This document shows, piece after piece, positions 52,201 to 55,369 of a DNA stretch of 55,369 nt. The position numbers and the translations under genes are program-made. Under the pieces are notes generated by a model, which saw only the letters and a list, made by a program, of their open reading frames with translations, was not told where the DNA came from and did not search any database. Position 1 is the first letter of the stretch. Every line of letters begins with the position of its first letter. The DNA is taken from contig MRSU01007870.1 in assembly GCA_008369845.1 (NCBI GenBank), positions 1 to 55,369 of the forward strand. The letters are read 5' to 3'. Origin of the DNA: Trichomonas gallinae (lineage: Eukaryota).

Positions 52201-54734
52201 AAACTCTAAACACTGACAAATTCAAAGACGACTCAGAAGATGAGTCAATAGATAGACGCTCAATGGTTTCACAGCACAGAAGCAAGTATTTAATCGAGTC
52301 ATCAACATCAGAAGATGACGATGACATTGAATCCAAGTCATCTGAAACAAAACAAACATCAGAAAATGTCGATGAATCTGGCATCAAAACAGAGATGAAG
52401 AAACCTTCTAAATATGCAATTCCTGACTCAGAAACTGGCGATAAAACATTCCAGACACGAAGAGAATCTAATATATCTTCTGTGCAAGTTAAATCAATCT
52501 CACTAATTTCTCAAAAGCCAAGAAATGTTGCCAATTTCGAGAGTTCTACGTCAGAAGATGATAACGATATTAAATCTCAAACACAATCATCTGAGACATC
52601 TGTTTCTCAAACAAACAATGGTCTCAACACAGAAATGAATGATAAGAGCCAGAAGCCTGATTCTCAGACAGGCTCCGAAACATTCATAACGAGAAATGAA
52701 TCAGTTGTTCCAACAACAACATCAATTGTTGACGATAAATCAATTGAATCGCGTAAATCTAAGTTTGTTGCAAACTTCGACAGTTCAACGATGGAAAATG
52801 ACAATGACGAAATAAAGTCGCAGTCAACAGAAGAACAAACAGTTTCTCAAACGGAGAGAGACATGACTTCAATAATGCAGAGCAATGTCAAGGCTGATTC
52901 TCAGACTGGATCTGAGTCATTTGTCACTAAAAACGAAACAACAGTTGTTACTTCATCCACTAAAGCAGAAAATACTTTAATTGTGACTCAAAAATCACGA
53001 TTTGCTCCAAACTTCGAAAGCTCAGATGAAGAAGAAGACCAAGAGATGAAGACACAATCACAGACAACTATATCTTTAACTGCCAATGACAATGACATCG
53101 AAAGCCATGCAAATGATCAAAACGAACATCCAGATTCACAGACAGGTACTGAATCATTTGTCACTAAAAAGGAAACGACAGTTGCTTCATCTGCTATTAA
53201 GACAGATAGTGTCTCGATCGTGACACAAAAGTCAAGATTCATGCCAAACTTCGAGAGTTCAGATGATGACGAAGAAGAAGAGATGAAGACTAAGTCTCAG
53301 CCAACAGTTTCTCTTACTGCTCGTGGAGATGACATTGAGAGTCATATTAACAATCAAAATGAGCATCCTGATTCACAGACTGGTTCTATGACATTCAGAA
53401 CTCGCGATGCAACAAAACAATCAACGAAATTCGATTCAAAGTCAATGACATCGAGAAAATCTAAGTATATAGTTGATTCAGATGATGATACAGAGAATGA
53501 AACAATGAAGACACAAACTGTTACAACTGTTTCTGTTTTGCAGAGAGATAATGAATTGAACAGCAACATTAAGCGCAATAAAGATGTACATGATTCACAA
53601 ACAGTCACAGAATCGATCAACACAAGAATTAGTGACGAAAAAATATCAACAACAGTTGATGATAATTCAATTCACTCTCGAAATCTAACCAACAAACAAC
53701 AAACAAACGACAGCGACCAAAAACTTGATTTGGAATCAAAAAGTGAATCAACACAAGAAATAAATGAAAAGCAAAGCGAAATCAGAACAACTCCGCCAAG
53801 AGGAAATTATCAAGACTCTGATATAATCGATACACTTACGACAAAAGATCCATCAGATAATCCTACAACAATTCCAGAAAACAACAATAAATCATTGGCG
53901 TCGAAGAAGACGAAATACGACATCGCATCCGATGACGAAGAAGTCTCAGGAAGCAACTTGGCGTCAAAATCTGATAGTGACATTCCTGTTTATTACTCTG
54001 GAACAAATGTACTCGTTTCTAAACTTAATACAACCGAATCTGATGAAAGATCTGATTCACAGTCGAAATCTATCCTAACTAGGCCAAGCGAAAGTATGAT
54101 ACTAAACGAAACATCAGAGAGTGAGAACACAATTCATTCAAAGATCCAAAAGCCAGTTAAAAACTTTGAAAGCGATTATGATGACGAAGATGAAATGCGA
54201 ACAAAGTCAAATTCGCGTGTAAATAACAACCAGAATGATGAAGAAGAGGAAGAAAATTCGCACAAATCAAAATACCTCGAAAATGATGATGATGAAAATG
54301 ATATAGTAAACGGAGAAACACCAAAGAACGAAAAATCAGAATCAAGCACCCACAAGAAGAACAAGTATGATGTTAAGTCAGAAGAATCCGAGTCTGATTC
54401 CGATCCGGGAATAGATTTATATGACGAAGAAGAAGAGGAAGAAGATGTATATCAAAATCCATCAACGCCAATAAAATCAATGAATTTACAGACTCCACCT
54501 CAATCTCCAAAGTCACCAACAACATATGAATTCTCAGACGGAGGAGTTGTAACAATAACAGAGCTAGGTGATGAATCAAGTATGGCCTATGAAAGTGAGT
54601 TCAACCATTTAGAGCATCATGCAGAAAAAGCTGTTCAACAAACAAAACCGGTTATCAGTCAAACAACGGAACCTGCGAAGCCAACAAATGACTTTGCTGG
54701 ACACAAACCATTCGAATCTGATAGTGATGACTGA
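43260..54734 (+). CDS. Giant (3824 aa) Ser/Thr/Asp/Glu-rich repetitive, probably disordered protein
   Basis: 11.5-kb uninterrupted ORF; no signal peptide, TM segment or recognisable globular domain; recurring units FDAGSELNSR, SIVSMKRKKK, PDSQTGSESFVT, NFESS. Confidence 0.85.
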   Translation: MSAISDHKARNHSRSDSGSVGSSNSHVSVPESISISARSNLDSSFQSPIFDSSSKSSNKNNEQADFQLMTIDESFDSDDLIEMKHKSGKKKTKTPIESPGSVTSLTSLQTNSKEFDQQSLSSVKSLRPKKKIRKTKPVSEQTESVRQSQPNTDPFYSVSTMDDFDDKKSVKSNKSGKSGKQKKSKLPHPPKYIKENINIDPDIFEFDITKSSTVAVNDYLIERSVGSKGSFPKEKGLLSSDLELDMTGDESNKGTKSFVKSYLGNRKPKNNQKQTKKFNEDNSDLPPTTIECEEDIGTTKSLRPKKSKNFKNRVDFYSGAGDNDRDSLRTKGSKRRISGNDDEDFDANSELNSRNKLTKPTTDDNNLTLTSKRNKYSQIDDENNQISELKSKSRGRRQTDGNESYTLNTRKGIYNRADDEFDANSDLQSLRRGMRPTADTYDTTLKSRRDSYNRQEENNDDNDLTTRKNSSKLALNSSQTSFNSYLNTRNHPSQDFLAGSELDSRKRFTDSTPSSLYTNARNKKPSLSEIGPYSELISRKQGSLTTPTDSKQNSLYTNANKYNQPDDDFDVDSDLKTRGQIARQAPSGDPTTLASRRYKNSKTLESPVTTELNSNLRSQQSRSETENHTLASRYKPATNENDTDNQSIRSHQIAFAADDDVSRSTLRSMQQNSTTGNFDTLGSLNTIQRSPISSKDGESIEDLRSLKNRNINRSSDINNNSLNTLQNARNKDSINFDAGSELNSRLSSKGKNKYSEPSSFELSTKIGSLNRTYQTTDSSLNTKNRQLANIESFDAGSEINSRIGDNKSVPYDYTNSTLHSNMRADHKSVDNSSFELNTQIKSQIAPTTEEASTLCTINGSPKSKYSEINFDAGSELNSRLNLVGSSKDSYGGSTLASPNQSFSNETDQTIDLRTQQRTIKSFNEPTDDKTLQSVHIENSSSSIDSFDSISFETNPDTESIHAKKTVFTTDSNKSSLYTFTKYKADATSLAGSERSIISRQLYNTSDTIGTSDDTLGTVVRSKATTTSTNIGDTELNSFLVKNSKESDNDSQSLITNAKEDESSNSENKSTSSLNSRRFKEKQNEMERMLSELLESIDTDVDAQTKRNSITVVTDTISVGTYRFARGTSNESSDEKDSMLTKKSSTSSDYEFISSDSSDSSMETKDKYKPRLRDSTFGSESALMTAISEKSGPRSKSTLTADISVNSRAFDKPSSTKTSSQQINSLLTNTMSTYEDSSSSVDEDSPSIVTMRRKKKPSTGSTESINISTVISEKSSLTDSESIDMTINSNRHSKASSSTKSSSDSTMLTAVSSEYSSLSMNEDTDSIVSMKRKKKASTVSSDFEIITINSSDSDSSNSISDVGTINSNAFSKSSETKTNTSSRFNSLMTGATYDEMTNTDSSTQSSIVSLRKRKKKMTTPEPSINITTQHDSFMSEKSSASTTNDTINSVNHKSVLSSTKSVSAENTLLTNNSSEYDSHSYASNNSSMVSMKGRKKKKRSDTESTLDVTTQHSMWNSNVSSGSSTVDTINSDYHRADSKNETRSRSDIDETLKTGQSSSSYSNTISFDTDSLSSTRGRKRVKKERSESLKDITTNNSLWVSEVSAKDVMSSVPETLNSEGFSKMHSSIATREESVENENSVHTVKARELESSSNTSGIDYSFSLDSTRPGLRKKKVDVPESTISIMTTHSNWNPSTTSTITDEDSRLYTLNSRIEDEPISQAYTIDSHRSINENKMSSVETETATFDSSDFNSQNRPRRKVDESDVSNSSIIGDIISKRANRFENKSMPETDDVSLTINSKIGESSIETNTSTAPSILERNVYGAESSLAGDSSAFLDSEYRNLNDDSEQPLMMSESESVVSDYRRKAKIHEREVLESGSSIPETLASEPLFQSSAWEFDSDYVDKQPDKRFEDNYQYKDRTYRYTKSPMEIEYYERIQAQSMKSIKRGIDFFYSDSETLESAASKSSNSSSMFTLISDVPESIQNGESTVRSIKSAKDNRLPPENHSVTTSEASLTIQSARAHATDSTETAETSVNTDFHKEPFQHNISVSTQDTFTTDHRFDTSVSFGSMIDDIYSKVKYASETRESTANSIVTSNPSQEFEITDSSMLGDLNSTRLQPKRKLINANQPSESSVALTAPSFDTITDTSESIKPSVTFNITSKIDESENTATQASQETSISLVSKNPEEIDLKSSQLSIRTARSKKDSELSQQNAKERSITVTLDEELDDTLVSMESTTLDENLISNPVNSSLKTISEKQFKHHRIPKVEELQKDKTNLFDSDSSSCDQQVKERNIFISSQMSGKSLRGRFNSNTESVLDDDTLLTDQMLPSQLVFRSSMLESDTINIRSSNFKHSISDLTKSINLTTDTFSTTSDMSNLPMESLSTRNSSKRSSKYLTEDESQTLESKLNSSEMFEAPMSSTSAMFSNKYVPKNKFIVSEPETSESNLMTQSFTTETSLADFDSLTSDAPTIKKRKLSSGSDDGELTSKAHTIVSTSPTLQDPCLMSDIKSVQVPKERNISHANTATTSTKNFSLATESTTVDEFNDEVSELHSEVLPVKTKSVQSDLTKSSSSIISRKDRNISIGSIPEDELTLEEASEREIQSRTLNFANKYSSSASSSSTQKKDVSLRTNSDLFDDDADTLSTSSVKTAASLKKQKINNDDELSTLASMSDSETLSDTNENDLMYSHALESLHSQSVLARQALLESSKSKEMGLTTQTNFETATMDETEDIKTNITQKNAVNDSETGTVTLLSDKDKEVSISTADTIQSKVTPSRANWDSDETTTDNDQSNLISQSENQPASSTTTAESISTVKERVLAVADSETGSATFTSEKIKETTETEKGETLQSNINVNAKNFESSSTSQIHSQSETEKSSSTVTESDVHSLVEQKKFVADSESNNDTLVSNKDLQTNNSVSVDFKSMFSNQSEKLETQTSEALNLASLSNSGYKSESQNLTDINSRLETPKFVADSQTGSETLNTDKFKDDSEDESIDRRSMVSQHRSKYLIESSTSEDDDDIESKSSETKQTSENVDESGIKTEMKKPSKYAIPDSETGDKTFQTRRESNISSVQVKSISLISQKPRNVANFESSTSEDDNDIKSQTQSSETSVSQTNNGLNTEMNDKSQKPDSQTGSETFITRNESVVPTTTSIVDDKSIESRKSKFVANFDSSTMENDNDEIKSQSTEEQTVSQTERDMTSIMQSNVKADSQTGSESFVTKNETTVVTSSTKAENTLIVTQKSRFAPNFESSDEEEDQEMKTQSQTTISLTANDNDIESHANDQNEHPDSQTGTESFVTKKETTVASSAIKTDSVSIVTQKSRFMPNFESSDDDEEEEMKTKSQPTVSLTARGDDIESHINNQNEHPDSQTGSMTFRTRDATKQSTKFDSKSMTSRKSKYIVDSDDDTENETMKTQTVTTVSVLQRDNELNSNIKRNKDVHDSQTVTESINTRISDEKISTTVDDNSIHSRNLTNKQQTNDSDQKLDLESKSESTQEINEKQSEIRTTPPRGNYQDSDIIDTLTTKDPSDNPTTIPENNNKSLASKKTKYDIASDDEEVSGSNLASKSDSDIPVYYSGTNVLVSKLNTTESDERSDSQSKSILTRPSESMILNETSESENTIHSKIQKPVKNFESDYDDEDEMRTKSNSRVNNNQNDEEEEENSHKSKYLENDDDENDIVNGETPKNEKSESSTHKKNKYDVKSEESESDSDPGIDLYDEEEEEEDVYQNPSTPIKSMNLQTPPQSPKSPTTYEFSDGGVVTITELGDESSMAYESEFNHLEHHAEKAVQQTKPVISQTTEPAKPTNDFAGHKPFESDSDD

Positions 54735-54992
54735 TTTTAATATTTTTTATTTGTTATTATATTTGTAATAAATTTGTATGTTATTATTTTTATTCATAGA
54801 TTTTTTGTGCATATTCTATAGTTCGAGAAAAATGTTAGCACATCATTATATAGAATGCTATAAGATGAATATTGATTTGATCAATATCAATTCTAAATCG
54901 AACATAATTATGCTCTCAAAACAATAGTATGTTGATAGTAGATGGTATTCATCAAGCAAATGATGAAAGTATTTTAAATTTTTCTATTTTGA

Positions 54993-55217
54993 TTATTTTT
55001 GTTGATCAGATGTCGGCTTTTCAATGATAATTTTCTTTTCAAGATATGTTACAAGGGGAAGAGGGTACTGATGAGTCATTTGCTGGTGAGAAAAAAGTTT
55101 AACTTTTCCTGAAGAACGAAATTTGCATGCATATCTGAGCTGATCGTTATGTTTAACAACACCAAGCACTTCTGGATCGTTACATTGTTCTTTCAGCTGC
55201 TCCAGGCGTTGCTCCAT
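54993..55217 (-). CDS. Small stand-alone chromoshadow-domain protein (74 aa)
   Basis: PEVLGVVKHNDQLRYACKFRSSGKVKLFSHQQMTHQYPLPLVTYLEKKI aligns by eye with the HP1 chromoshadow pattern (pe.IiGat...gel.flmKwk......lv.a.ean.k.P..vi.FyE.rl); TCATT Inr just upstream of the ATG. Confidence 0.7.
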   Translation of the reverse strand: MEQRLEQLKEQCNDPEVLGVVKHNDQLRYACKFRSSGKVKLFSHQQMTHQYPLPLVTYLEKKIIIEKPTSDQQK

Positions 55218-55301
55218 TAAATAAAAATGAATTGAAGTTTTTTTCTCAGAATGTAAATCTTATTAATATGCTATATTTAAAATAATTATTGTGAATGTGA
55301 A

Positions 55302-55369
55302 GCGCCGTTGGCCCAATTGGATAAGGCGACTGCCTACGGAGCAGTAGAGTCCAGGTTCAAGTCCTGGAC
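55302..55369 (+). tRNA. tRNA-Arg(ACG), truncated by the window end
   Basis: Acceptor 5' GCGCCGT; D arm GCCC-AATTGGATAA-GGC; anticodon stem ACTGC/GCAGT with loop CT-ACG-GA (ACG at 55336-55338); T arm CCAGG-TTCAAGT-CCTGG; 3' acceptor begins AC at the edge. Confidence 0.95.

Noticed and set aside
43724..54579. Antisense ORFs (up to 277 aa) within the giant gene
   Set aside because: Shadows of a low-complexity Ser/Thr/Asp coding strand.
1..55369. Spliceosomal introns or a non-standard genetic code
   Set aside because: All recognisable genes are continuous in the standard code and end at TAA, TAG or TGA; no ACTAACACACAG-type intron 3' motif was noticed. Very short introns cannot be fully excluded.

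Overview
AT-rich, gene-dense eukaryotic DNA with long intron-free ORFs, short AT-rich spacers, TCA(C/T)(T/A) initiator-like elements just upstream of several ATGs, and stops often embedded in TAAA. This pattern suggests a trichomonad parabasalid (inference; species not determinable). The window holds about 14 protein genes: AIP1/WDR1, a 1354-aa coiled-coil protein, a GT61/DUF563-like glycosyltransferase, Fused/STK36 kinase, Brr2-like helicase, a membrane-anchored S8 subtilase, a polytopic membrane protein with two PqiA-like domains, an HP1-like protein, an acidic/coiled-coil protein, a CAMK-group kinase, an ATR-like PIKK, a ubiquitin-like protein, a 3824-aa Ser/Thr-rich repeat protein and a 74-aa stand-alone chromoshadow protein. 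A tRNA-Arg(ACG) is cut by the window end. Most interesting: (1) an apparent BPI/TULIP-like ectodomain fused to tandem PqiA/LetA-like domains, a candidate one-chain eukaryotic lipid-transport system; (2) a chromoshadow-only microprotein head-to-head with a tRNA gene; (3) the hierarchical ~19/~77-aa repeat architecture of the giant protein; (4) clustered TGACA/TGTCA motifs upstream of several genes; (5) a non-coding element present twice in inverted orientation about 20 kb apart. All family calls are by-eye motif recognition; no searches were run.
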